Source: Octopus vulgaris (taxonomy: Eukaryota). From it: 64,000 bases of DNA. Positions 52,333-64,000 of this stretch are shown here, one piece after another (within the stretch, counting starts at the first letter, position 1; the number at the start of each line of letters is the position of its first letter). A program made the position numbers and the translations under genes. The notes beneath the pieces are model-generated. The model had not been told where the DNA came from, made no database searches, and saw nothing but the letters and a program-made list of their open reading frames with translations. Location of the stretch: the NCBI GenBank assembly GCA_951406725.2, contig OX597816.1, positions 20,646,001 to 20,710,000 on the forward strand. Direction: 5' to 3'.

Positions 52333-52698
52333 GAGAATGAGTGTTGCCAGAGCGGCTAACTGGCTTCCATGCCGGTGGCACATAAAAAGGCACCATTTGA
52401 GCATGATCGTTACCAGCGTCGCCTTACTGGTACCTGTGCCGGTGGCATGTGTAAAAAGATTCGAGCGAGGTCGTTGCCAGTGCTGCCTGACTGGTTCCCG
52501 TGTCGGTGGCACGTAAAAGCACCCACTACACTCTTTGAGTGGTTGGCATTATGAAGGGCATCCAGCTGTAGAAGCTCTGCCAGATCAAGATTGGAGCCTG
52601 GTGCAGCCATCTGTTTCACCAGCCCTCAGTCAAATCGTCCAACCCATGCTAGCATGGAAAGCGAACGTTAAATGGTGATGATGATGATGATGATGATG
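52333..52698 (+). mobile_element. Family B element
   Basis: Internal repeats and (GAT)n tail. Confidence 0.85.
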
Positions 52699-52913
52699 TA
52701 GTGGTGATGCAAAATTTGAATTGTGCAGATTAATTTCCCTTATGTCCTTTATATTGTATCAAAATTTCATGCATTTATTTGTAAAATTAAGGAATTTATT
52801 AAAACTTGAAACCCATCAGGGACTTTTGGGACACTCTGTACTAGCTTGCTCCTTTAACCTGCATCTAAATGTTAACTATAACTGTAATAGTTATTCTGAC
52901 TGGACATAACTGC

Positions 52914-53212
52914 ATGGAAGTGCAATGGCCCAGTGGTTAGGGCAGCGGTCTCAAAGTCGGAAGATCGTGGTTTTGATTCCCACACCTGGTGTTGTGTGTG
53001 TTTATTGAGTGAAAACACCTAAAAGCTCCACGAGGTTCCAGCAGGAGGTGGTGGTGATGGCGATCCCTGTTGTTCTCTTTCACCCCAACTTTCTCTCACT
53101 CTTTCTTCCTGTTTGTTGAGTAATGCTGCGATAGACTGGCGTCCACATGGGGGGAACACATACGCCACATAAACTGGGCCCATGAGCCTGGCTAGGCTTG
53201 AAAAGGGCTCAT
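52914..53212 (+). mobile_element. tRNA-derived SINE family E with alternative tail
   Basis: Head and body as in 34546-34928, tail as in 18715-18815. Confidence 0.8.
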
Positions 53213-53237
53213 AAATGAATTAATAAATAAAAGACAA

Positions 53238-53860
53238 GCTAAGAGTAGCTGAAGCATAGAACAAGCTGCCGGCATCAGTTGTTAATTGCCGGAGCACTGC
53301 ATCCTTCAAAACTTCCATGCTTCTTGAGATTCGCCAACACTACACCTGATTTTCTCCCCTCCATGCACACGCAAGCATGTATCTGACTCATACATTGTTC
53401 ACTTTCCAGACATTTGTACATTACTGCATATGCTTTATATGCACTTTCTGACAAGTTGTGGTGCACCCGAGCACTGTATACAATAATTTCATAATCATTA
53501 TTATTTAAAAACTCCACCCGTCTAACACCCGTGGACATGTTTACAAAGTCAGAAAACAGCACAGCTCCCATGACTTTCGGAAACATTTTTTCACGCTAAG
53601 AGTTGCTGAAGTATGGAACAAACTGCCAGGCATCAGTTGTTAGTTGTCGGAGCACTGCATCCTTCAAAACTTCCATGCTTCCTGAGATTCGCCAACACTA
53701 CACCTGATTTTCTCCCCTCCATACACACGCAAGCATGTATCTGACTCATACACTGTTCACTTCCCAGACATTTGTACGTTACTGCATATGTTTTATACGG
53801 ACTTTTGACAAGTTGTGGTGCACCTGAGCACTGCATACAATAATTTCATTATTATCATTA
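53238..53860 (+). mobile_element. Two head-to-tail CR1-clade LINE 3' ends
   Basis: SNTRGHVYKVRKQHSSHDFRKHFFTLRVAEVWNKLP plus 3' UTR and (ATT)n tail; copies 53238-53504 and 53505-53860. Confidence 0.88.
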
Positions 53861-54077
53861 TAACCGCAATGCTTTTCAGTGTACAGTTATCCTCAGTCTT
53901 TTATTGATATAAAAACGAACAGAGATGGTTCATAATACTCTTGTGGCACAATGAAGAATTCAGGGCAGGAAACGTTAAAGTATTTCGCCAGGTGGATTAA
54001 TGCTGCTGCCAATGTGTTAAGTCATATTATTGATTTTTCCTGTTGTTGTTGTTCTTGTTGATTGTTGGTGTTGTTGT

Positions 54078-54270
54078 TAAGCAACAAGACGGGTAAGGGT
54101 GATTAGGTGATGGTCGGGGGCTTAGGGGCAGGAAACCCCAGACCTTGGAAAAAAAAAAACTTTGGTCGTCTTGTTGTATTTGAGGGCTCTTTCGTTGACG
54201 CCCGACACCACTGGGAGGTGGCCCTCGAAGTCGCTGGAAATGGAGATCTCCAGGTCCAAGTTCTTGAATG
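54078..54270. mobile_element. Second copy of the (AAC)n-embedded GC-rich element
   Basis: Reverse complement of 3345-3535. Confidence 0.75.
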
Positions 54271-54349
54271 GTTATTGTTGTTGATGATGATGATGATGAC
54301 GAAGAGGTTTCTGTTGTTGATTAGTCCATGATGAAAGACATTCAAAATG

Positions 54350-54585
54350 GGAAGGCGGCATGCTAGCAGAATCGTGAACATGCCAGGTGGAATGCTTAGC
54401 GGTATTTTGCCTGTCGCTATGTTCTGAGTTCAAATTCCACTGAGGTCGACTTTGCCACTCATCTTTTTGGGGTTGATTAAATATGTACTAGTTACATATT
54501 GGGGTTGATGTAATCGACTTAATCCCCTCCCCCAAAGCTACCCTTGAAGCAAAAATTTGAAATAATAAAAACAATAATAATATTC

Positions 54586-54616
<31 letters not shown>

Positions 54617-54810
54617 ATTATTATTATTATTATCATTATTATTATTAAGGTGGCAAGCTTGCAGAAACGTTAGCACGCCGGCTGAAATACTTAGTGGTAT
54701 TTCATCTGTCTGTATGTTCTGAGTTCAAATTCCGCTGAGGTCAACTTTGCCTTACCCCAACTGGCCCCTTACCCTAAAACTTCAGACCTTGTGCCTAGAG
54801 TAGAAAAGAA
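54350..54810 (+). mobile_element. Two SINE D copies
   Basis: 54350-54560 and 54648-54810. Confidence 0.8.
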
Positions 54811-56316
54811 AGGACATTCAAAGTGGGATCATCTGGTCTACCACCAAACACTCACATCTGTTCCTTTTTCAAAACAGTACAATGTGATTTATTGAGATTT
54901 AGCTGCTATTTCTATTATACTGAGCAACCATGTAAAACCTACTCCTTTGATTTACCCTATAGACATGTGTGCCATTTATAGAATCAACCCCAACAATGCC
55001 TAATACTTATTTTACCATCCCAAACATTTGAATTTTAAACAAAGGGCAGTTATATATAGTAATGTATTGCGTTTAATATATATAAAGTCCAATGACTGGT
55101 ATATTTAATATAATCCAACCATTGTAGAGACACCGTTGAGCTGATAATCAAAATGTGCTACTCTATTTGCTTTGGTTAACCTACCTGAGTTAAGTCAATG
55201 GCATACTTTCATTTCCTGGTTGCAGAATTGATATTTTTGTTTTTGTTTTTTTTTGGGGTTTTTTTTTTGGTTTTTTTTGTTTTCTTTTGTTGTTTTTTTA
55301 TACTGGATTACTGATGTAGTTGAGAAACGTTAGAACATCCCACAATCTCGTTTTTCCCCTTTCCTTTTAAATCTGAGAACTTGGGCCTGTGTAAGGAATC
55401 AATATTAGCATTTTATGGATGAGTGGCGAACTATAGGGGAAAGAAGAAGAAGAAGAAGTAACAAAACAAAACAAAGAAAAAATACATCCTTTAACTATCA
55501 AAAACACCTAATGCAACAATTCATTCCGATATCTAAATTTACCAAAATTACCAACCAATGCTGGCATGGAAGAATAAATGCAAAAACAAAAAACAATAAA
55601 TCAATACGAAAAACAGGAAAAAAAAATAGACGATATACAATGCAAAACACTTACTGTCAATGAGGAATGAAAATGAGGTTGCATATCTATTTTGGTTGGC
55701 TTCCCCTAATCATATTCTGTGTTTATTTGGAATTTCTCAAGCTTATCTCTAGTTTTCAGATACTCTTCCCTTGCATGGAAACATAGCTCTATGGAACAGT
55801 AATAACCTTATCACAGCAAAAGGAAAATAGCTGCCACTAAACTGTATACTCCAGTAACCTAACTGCAGGGAATCACAAATATTCTTCCGCCCTTTATTGA
55901 AACCAGATTCAGGAAGATGAGAATATTTCTATAGGTTTTCATTGCTGGTTCTTTTTGGAATACGCAAGGGAAAGTTATTGTTACATATAGAATAAATATG
56001 CAACAGGAAGCAGTGTGAATTTTGGGGATGTTTGTACTAGAAATAAATAGGATTTCTTGTTGCTGTTTAGTGACAAATATCAGCCCTGATTGGGTAAAGT
56101 AGCAGTCAAAAATCTTTCCAGCCATGATCACTGCATTCTCGAAATTTTGAACCAGAATTGGGACAACTGTGGCGCGTGGGCCACATGCAATCCATGGGAT
56201 TTTCTGAATGGCATGCTTAATGAAAAATTACTTTGAAATTATTTAGCAATGTGGTTTACCTGATTATGAAACATCTCTCATTTGGCCTACTTCTTGAAAA
56301 TGGTTTCCCATGCTCC

Positions 56317-56665
56317 ATCATCATCATCATCGTTTAATGTCTGCTTTCCATGCCAGCATGGGTTGGACGATTTGACTGAGGACTGGCAAACCAGATGGCT
56401 GCACCAGGCTTCAATCTTGATCTGGCAGAGTTTCTACAGCTGGATGCCCTTCCTAACGCCAACCACTCCAAGAGTGTAGTGGGTGCTTTTTACGTGCCAC
56501 CAGCACAGGGGCCAGTCAGGCGGTACTGGCAACAACCTCGCTCGAATCTTTTACACATGCCACCAGCACAGGTGCCAGTAAGGCGATGCTGGTAACGATC
56601 ACGCTCGAATGGTGTCTTTTATGTGCCACCAGCATGGAAGCCAAATAGCCGCTCTGGCAACGATC
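56317..56665 (-). mobile_element. Family B element
   Basis: Conserved 3' end and internal repeats. Confidence 0.85.
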
Positions 56666-56940
56666 ATCAAATAATACAACTACTAGTTTGTAGGTCAAAT
56701 GTCAAACTCTGTTGTACCCATTTCATTTTGTTGACTAAGAATGCGACAATTAAAACTGATTGGTTAACAACAGACATGATATCTACCCAGCTGTACATAA
56801 GTCAATCTAAGTATAAAGTAACCAATGAAAACTTTAGATATAAGTCACATGACTTTTTGCAGTCTAACTGCAAATGGATTTTGTTATTTTCTCAAGAGGT
56901 AAAAGGCAATTGGAAGAGATTTGAACAGTAAAAGAGTAAA

Positions 56941-57187
56941 TCATCATCATCATTGTTCGACCGTGGTCGAGACAATGGAATTTACCATGCTACGCCAGAC
57001 TTCACGGTCCATCATGGCATTACGGAGGTCCTGTTGCTGGATGCCTGTATCCCTGGAGATTACATCAGGGTAGGAGAGTGTGGGCCCTCTGGTACTGCGA
57101 GTAGATGGCTTCCAGAGGAGAAGAGTAGAAATTACCTCTTTTTCGGCTCTACAACAATGTCCAGCAAACTGGATTCTCCTGCCTTTC
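56941..57187 (-). mobile_element. RTE-clade LINE 3' end
   Basis: RRIQFAGHCCRA..LLLWKP..RGPTLSYPDVI..AMMDREVWR then stop and (TGA)n tail. Confidence 0.88.
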
Positions 57188-58087
57188 AAAAGAGTAAAAG
57201 AGTAAAAGAGAGAGTAGAGAAACATGGCTAAACATAGAATGTATATTTGTTGAGTGGTCCACCAGCTTTAACAAGAAAGAAAAAGTAGCAAAAGTAATAT
57301 CCTAGTAAGCTAAGTACAATGAAGTCAAAAGTACCCCAGTACCCTGTAGTGCTTAAGAAATACCCTATCCAATGCATTACTTCAGTCCTGACAAAAACAT
57401 ATCTTTAATCAAAGACTCTCCAACTGCGACCATATCTACTTTCAGGTATCTACATTGTCATGTTTGCATTGCCTTACTCAGATAGTGTATGATTTGAAAG
57501 CTTTTTGGCTGCTATTTCTAGTAGATCAAGTAACTATGCAGGAATTACTTTAATAGCTGTTATTTTATCAACGTTAGGGAAAATTAGTCAACAAGGTCCC
57601 TAAACCTGCTTGAAATAGCAGCAGCTAAATAGATATGACAAGTTAAAATAAAAGAGACACTGATATAGTTTTACTCCAGAAAACTAACATGGTAGTCATG
57701 GCTGAAATACCTAGGGTTAAACAACACTGTAGAATCTGTATTGTCAATGTTTTTCCTGGCATTTCTACAGGCAGATGTGGGCAGGATTTCTTTGAAAGAA
57801 AATTAACCACTGCCCCTGCATGCAAGTCACTGATGTATAAGAGAGAAGTTGTTGAATAGGACCAATAAAGTTTGGCACCATCATCATTATAGGAATTGAT
57901 GTCAGAATTCAAAGAGCCAATTCTCTAACAGTTCTATCAAGGCACCACCTTCGGTTGGTCTTGTAAAACAAAACACAGCAGCATTTGAACTTGGAGCACA
58001 GAGAATCAAACAAACACTCGAGACAATCTTCTGTCTGACGCTGGTGAAACCCAAAAGAAGCAGAGGAACTCTTATATAGAACTAGAT

Positions 58088-58710
58088 TTTCTTTTATTCT
58101 TTTATTTGTTTCAGTCATCAGTCATGCTGGAGCACCGCCTTTAGTCTTTTACTTGTTTCAGTCATCTGACTGTGGCCATGCTGGAGCACCGCCTTTAGTC
58201 TTTTACTTGTTTCAGTCATCTGACTGTGGCCATGCTGGAGCACCGCCTTTAGTCTTTTACTTGTTTCAGTCATCTGACTGTGGCCATGCTGGAGCACTGC
58301 CTTTAGTCGAGAAAATCGACCCCAGGTCTTATTGTTTGTAAGCCTAGTACTTATTCTATCGGTCTCTTTTGCCGAAGTGCTAGATTACAGGGATGTAAAC
58401 ACACCAGCCTCGGTTGTCAAGCGGTTCGACCGGGGTCTGGGAAGCCAGGAAGCTGCACCAGGCTCCAGTCTGATCTGGCAGTGTTTCTACAGCTGGATGC
58501 CCTTCCTAATGCCAACCACTCCATGAGTGTAGTGGGTGCTTTATACATGCCACCGGCACACGCCAGAGGGGGCTGGCAACGGCCATGATCAGTTGGTGCT
58601 TTTTATGTCCCACTGGCACAGGTATCACAACTACAATTTTCATTTGGTTTTTATTTTGATGTTGATGTACTTGATTCAATAGGTCTCCTCAAGCACAGCA
58701 GGTTGCCCTA
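58088..58710 (-). mobile_element. SINE A 3' half with multimerised 54-bp tail, fused to a family B element
   Basis: Unit starts at 58146, 58200 and 58254; junction near 58421. Confidence 0.85.
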
Positions 58711-58973
58711 TAGAATCTCTTATGATAAAAGGCAGATTTAATCTGCCTCCCAAACCGTTTGTTTATTATACAAATCAACAATATAGAATTTCTTCAATTA
58801 GAATTTACCTATCATTTTTACGAGTAGAATCCATCGGGTCGTGGCAGGTACAGTTTTTCCAATTTCACCCCCAGTTAAGCAAAAATTTGAGAAAACTCAA
58901 TATTTTTAGATTTCCCTCTTTCATACCATACATAAAATATACTAATTTACACATACATACATACATACATACA

Positions 58974-59007
<34 letters not shown>

Positions 59008-60650
59008 CATACATACAAAAATACTCTGTTGTTGATATTGAAATTCTAATGAAGGTGCCTTGGATCTAGGTTAAAAACCACTTCTTACTCTATTGGCAAA
59101 GAAATCTTCAAATAAACTGAATAATGACACATATACACACTTATAGATAGACAGATAGATACTATGCCGCTGGAATGGCTACTGTGCATGTGCACATAAA
59201 AAGCACCATGTGAGCATGGCTGTTGCCAGTACCGCCTGATTGGCTCTCATGCCAGTTGCATGTAAATTGACAATAAAATGTTTTGAAGTAATATAGATTA
59301 AAAGATAATTTAAAGAAAAAAGTTACAATCAGTACTAACATAGAAACCTAGAAATGGAAGCATAAATTTATGACGACAATCATAACAATAGCTGGCAGTA
59401 CCATAATGATGACGATATCCATGAATAATGAAAGCTGATGTTTGTCAATCTCTATTTAGATATATGCAATCATGAAATCTTTAATCTTTGTAAAACTGTC
59501 TATTTCGGTGATATTGTTATAGAATATCTTTAATTTTTATGTAGGTGTTATTGCTTGTGTATTTTCAGAATGCATTAAAAAAAAAATATGGAAAAATCTT
59601 TATTGATCTGCAAAGACACGGATGTGAATATGCAGTCATTTGCAAGTATGTTAGTTTTTCCTAAGCGCTTTTATTTAAAATTTGAACCATCGCTGTGACA
59701 CAGTGATCTACATTTTGCAGATTTTGAACATAAAAATACATACTTTCCAAATGTATTGCAAATAATGCAACAGAATTTGTTGGAATATACTCTACATTTT
59801 ATATAATTGCTACAGCTTAGACATTTGAGAACATATCAATCCAATTCATAATATTTTTATTTTGCTTCTTAGATTTTGTTCTGCTTTATGACAATAATTT
59901 TAAGTGACATTATCTGAGGCTGATGACACAGAGTTATACATAGAGACTCACTTCGGTTATATAGTAATAGGCTTCTTGTAGAAGAACGCTTAACCATTAA
60001 AGCTATGATATTGATCATAAATTTCCTCTAGCATGTAAGAATGCTAGTTATTATAGTTATTTGAGCCATTCTGTAGTATTGTCAATGAGAAATTATATCT
60101 GCAATTTACTGTGTCAAGCAATCCATAAATGCACCTTAATAGGGGTAAGTCTTTTCTGACTAAAACCATAATTGTTGGTTCATAATTTAAGTATATTGCA
60201 AACCTTCAGGCTATTTAACATAGCTGTAGCTAAAATATCCTTTGAACTAGGATAGACATAAAATTTATCTTCAACTATGGCAATCTGCATTGGATAAATT
60301 GATAGCTGTAAATAAATTTATAGTGCTGCAATCAGAATGTGCACTGGAACGGTTTAAAGGCCAGCTGTAGCTGAATATTTGGAAATATAAATTTGCTTAA
60401 AATATTCTAAGCTGTTAATATTGCGGTCAGCATACACTCTTATATCTGGTAAATTGATGCATGAATGGCTGGTAGCTGTATGGCTAAGCAGTCCATTTTA
60501 TAACCACAGTGTTTCAAGTTCAGTTACAGTGGAAAGAAAGTACATTTGGTAAGTGATTGCTGCTATCGTCCAAGACTGACCAAAATGTTGTGAGTGAATT
60601 TGGTAGAGAGAAACTGAGAGAAGTCCACTGGAACTGGATAAATAAGTAGG

Positions 60651-60695
<45 letters not shown>

Positions 60696-61455
60696 TTTTC
60701 CCCAAAATTTAAAGGTCAAAATCCCTAGTGCGTACTACATACGAGATAAAAAAGGAAAATATTTTCTAAGCAATGTCCGAGTCTCGATTTGCTGTCTGGC
60801 AATGTTTATTCAGATGCATTTTGTGATGTCGGGTGCGAAAATACCTTAAGCTAAGCCTGAAAGCAATGAAGTCATAAAAGAATCATCCATAACTTGCAGT
60901 AAGCAACATATATTAAACGTTATTACCGTTATTTCTTTATTTCCTGCAAACAAAGTGCACAAAAAAGGCTCCACAACTCACTTAATATTTCGAAATTATG
61001 TCTTCATTTTCTTTATAACGAGATGTTCTCCCCATTTGTTCACTTATGAGGGTTGTGTCCTTCCTTTCATCAAAATACACGGCAGAAAATGGTTTATGTG
61101 GCCTTCCTTCCTGCTACAGGGAATTACGTTTTCTGGATCGTTCACACCTTATCTTCGATGTGTTTATAACGAAAGAACATTCACTAGATGCACTTGCCGT
61201 TAATTCGCAGATGATCGAACCTGTATGAAGAGCAGCACGGTCTGACACACCGGTACGGTCACAGACAGAAGCTAGTTCAGGGAATTTAATTCGTTTTATT
61301 GGTGTTTTTGCACTTACGTTTTTGCATTTCCTGGAAAATGGAATTGGAAAATCTTCATCTTAACATGCTGATCCATTTCCTGATTCACTCCTTGATGAAA
61401 ATGTTATCAATTCAGAATCCTTTGCTAACTCAAAAATGCGACTGTGATCTGTGAT

Positions 61456-61888
61456 GGATCTTTCCGGTTTGAACGGCAGTTTTTTCTAGCGGTGTCATAT
61501 GAAATTGTCATCTATAATTATGACCTTAGTATCGATCTGTTGCATTTCAGTCTGTTTTAGGGTTAGGGTTAGTAAGGGTTATGGTTAGGGGTGGGGGGAA
61601 GGTATCTTTTTATCTTCAGAAATGTAAATAAATCCAATCTGTTTCTTAAACGAGGGACATGTTCATACGGCACATAATGTTGTTTACCTCAATAGACGTC
61701 AGTGATTGGTTGAAATTGCAGAAATTGAAGAAAAAACAACAACAAATATCTTACAAACCATAGAATTTTCTCAATAAAGCCAAGAGAAAAAGATGTTTTA
61801 TAAACACATTCAACCAGTATACGAAGTTCAAAATTTTTTAGTTACCTAGAAATTATGTTAAAAACTGCCGTTCAAACCGAAAAGATCC
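61456..61888. mobile_element. MITE with ~29-bp TIRs and 8-bp TSD
   Basis: TIR GGATCTTT(C/T)CGGTTTGAACGGCAGTTTTT; TSD TCTGTGAT/TCTGTGAC. Confidence 0.9.
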
Positions 61889-62304
61889 TCTGTGACTTCT
61901 AATCAACCTCTGAACTTTCTGTTTAGATACTGCTTGATCTATTCCGCCAATGATCATTTTTTTCGATTTGTCCGTTGATCCTGTAAAATATCTTATTCTT
62001 TCTGTGGTACTTTTTTCTCTCTACTACAACTGCAGCATTTAAAGGAGTTGCACTTGCAACAGGAAATGTCAAATAAATCTTTTGTTGCATTGTTTTTAAA
62101 CATATTACACTTTGTTTGAAATGATGGCACATTTTTTTTTCTATTTTTCACAGATTTTAGTAATGCTTGGTACTTTGGATAAAAGTTTAAGATTCTCGGT
62201 TTAACTGACTCAATTGTAACACAAGGGATGGATGCCTTTTGCCAAAGAAGAATTATCTTTTCTGTTACAGTGTTAACTATTTGTTTAATTGAAGGATCTT
62301 ACTT

Positions 62305-62720
62305 AATTAGTTAGTTAGTTAATTTTTTGGCTCAAAAAGCAAAAAAGCAAGGCGATGTAAGGGGATATGGAGTTATGTACAGGGTGGTGTTCATGTAAAG
62401 AGTTCAGGCCACTTGTGGTCAAGGGAGACTTTGAACTGAGCGGTCGTCGGCATCTTCACCATCTCGTCCGGCAGCTTATTCCACGGATCCGCAAACCGGA
62501 CGGAGAAAGCCCCTCTCCTTCGATTGAGACGAAATCGTCGCAGATAGAGCTTTTCGGAGTGACCCCACAGCTGACGCTCTGGAGCAGGAGTGAACAGCTC
62601 TTTCGAGAGGTTACACTTTCCGCTAATGATGTTGTGAGCAAGAATGAGATCACCACGGCGTCGTCGTTTTTCTAGAGAATAAAGGTCGAGCGTCTTCAGC
62701 CTTTCTTCATAAGACAAATT
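62305..62720 (-). mobile_element. 5'-truncated CR1-clade LINE
   Basis: SYEERLKTLDLYSLEKRRRRGDLI..GHSEKL..FSVR..WNKLP; (TAAC)n tail. Confidence 0.9.
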
Positions 62721-62919
62721 CTTAACTACATTCTTTTCTTTTTCTCATTCAGATAAAACACATTTTAGTACATCCTTGTAAATTGGCCAAACAGGATCTA
62801 CGTAGACATACATTTCTTTGATTGCACTATTCTGAAGATGGGCCTTTGTGCTTAAAATGTGTAAGGGTTTTTCAACTTTCATTTCTGCCTCATTATAAGC
62901 TTTCTTCGTTCTCCTTTTT

Positions 62920-63415
62920 CATATTTTTTTCTTGTTTCAGCTCAGAGCTGCGGCCATGCTGATGCACCGTCGTTTTGTGCTACACTGTTATTACTAAGAG
63001 CCTCCTCTAATATGTGGCACTTGGTGACGAATGGAGTTTGATATAGCTACCCTCGTTTGCACCTCTTGCCGTGAGGTATGTTCATCTGGGACTCTCGACA
63101 TGAAGAGGTCCAGCTTTGATTTAAAAACCGCTACATCTACATTGTGCAAGTTCCTCAGACTCTTTGGGAGAATATTAAAAAGCTGTGGGCCCTTGAAACC
63201 CAGGCTGTTGCAGTGGCTGGTCCTGAAGCGTGGTGGCATTGTTGGGATCTTTGGCACTATGAAGTGTCGTCCCGTTCTAGCATTGGTGCAGCTTTCAATG
63301 CCAAAATTTGGCCCAATTCCTTCCAGGATCTTCCAGACTGCATACCTCTCCCGTTTTCTCTCCAGGGAGTAGAGTCTTAGCTGTTGCAACCTTTCCCAGT
63401 AGTTGAGCTGTTGCA
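62920..63415 (-). mobile_element. 5'-truncated CR1-clade LINE (second family) with SINE A-like 3' end
   Basis: LNYWERLQQLRLYSLERKRERY..GPQLFNILP..FKSKLD..VPDE; 3' UTR 62920-62993. Confidence 0.9.
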
Positions 63416-64000
63416 AATACATTTTTATAAAATATTACTTTAGAACATAACATTGGAAATATATTAATAGCAGGAACGCCATTTCATGAGGATAGTACTT
63501 AGAATAAGCTTCTTTGTATGAATTTTAAGACGGTTTGAGAATTCCAATGAGAGACAGAAATAATTTGGAATGGAAATAGTAAGCATAAAACAGCCATTTT
63601 TTCACGTCTCATTCTCAATGTTTTTTTCAAACATAAACAAACGTTTTTTGTGTGTTTTTTTTTTCTTCACTGTATTCATATAAGATTCCAAAACATATCT
63701 AAGCAACAGATAATTCGAGAAAACAAAAAAGAAAAAAAAAAAAAAAACAGGCTCGGATTACCAGCTAAATTATTTCAAATCTGAAACTCAGAACGCAGGT
63801 ATTATAAAACTTTCAGTTTTAAGGCATTAAGACTATTCTACATTTACGGTTTGGGTTCAGTAATTTATTGCTTTTCGGGGAAACAACAGACATTTATGCA
63901 TAAATATGAACAGACGTATGACTGTATTTATGTATGCATATTAAATGACGTAGCGTGGCTTTAGTTTACTTCGTATAGTAACCAAATTCACCGCCACCAT

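Larger units (their letters stand above)
60980..62880 (-). pseudogene. DDE transposase relic, probably hAT-related (hATm-like), split by a MITE and a LINE
   Basis: Collinear pieces PIYKDVLKC / LWQKASIPCV / LFDISCCKC..CSC..KVP..DQRT.RKMIIGGID / CDRTGVSDRAA..SKIR.ER / YFDERKDTTL, with stops and frameshifts. Confidence 0.7.

Noticed and set aside
57643-58080. Unique mixed-composition region with short ORFs
   Set aside because: No coherent frame or recognisable protein motif.
61557-61600. Telomere or chromosome fusion scar
   Set aside because: Only a few degenerate TTAGGG units, internal to a TIR element.

Overview
AT-rich, microsatellite-dense animal genomic DNA. The repeat repertoire resembles an octopus (coleoid cephalopod) genome; this is inferred from recognition and not confirmed by a search. 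No host protein-coding exon could be supported, so the window looks intronic or intergenic. It is a mosaic of mobile elements: about 28 copies or fragments of a tRNA-derived SINE (family A), about 17 copies of a (GAT)n-tailed RTE-type element (family B), Meta-like SINEs (D), tRNA-headed modular SINEs (E), six non-autonomous Helitrons, CR1, RTE and R4/Dong LINE 3' fragments, Tc1/mariner, Tigger/pogo and hAT-like transposase relics, and MITEs. The main finding is about 11 minimal type I hammerhead ribozyme (HHR) motifs of the Penelope-like-element kind, from several distinct families. Some show apparent compensatory changes at the catalytic 3:8 pair (C:G, G:C, U:A). Two TSD-bounded copies of a tRNA-headed, HHR-tailed SINE-like element are present, and in both the (AAT)n spacer has been invaded by microsatellite-inserted elements. 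A CR1 LINE 3' end sharing a covarying stem-loop with SINE A is also visible. All coordinates were read by eye and may be off by a few bases.
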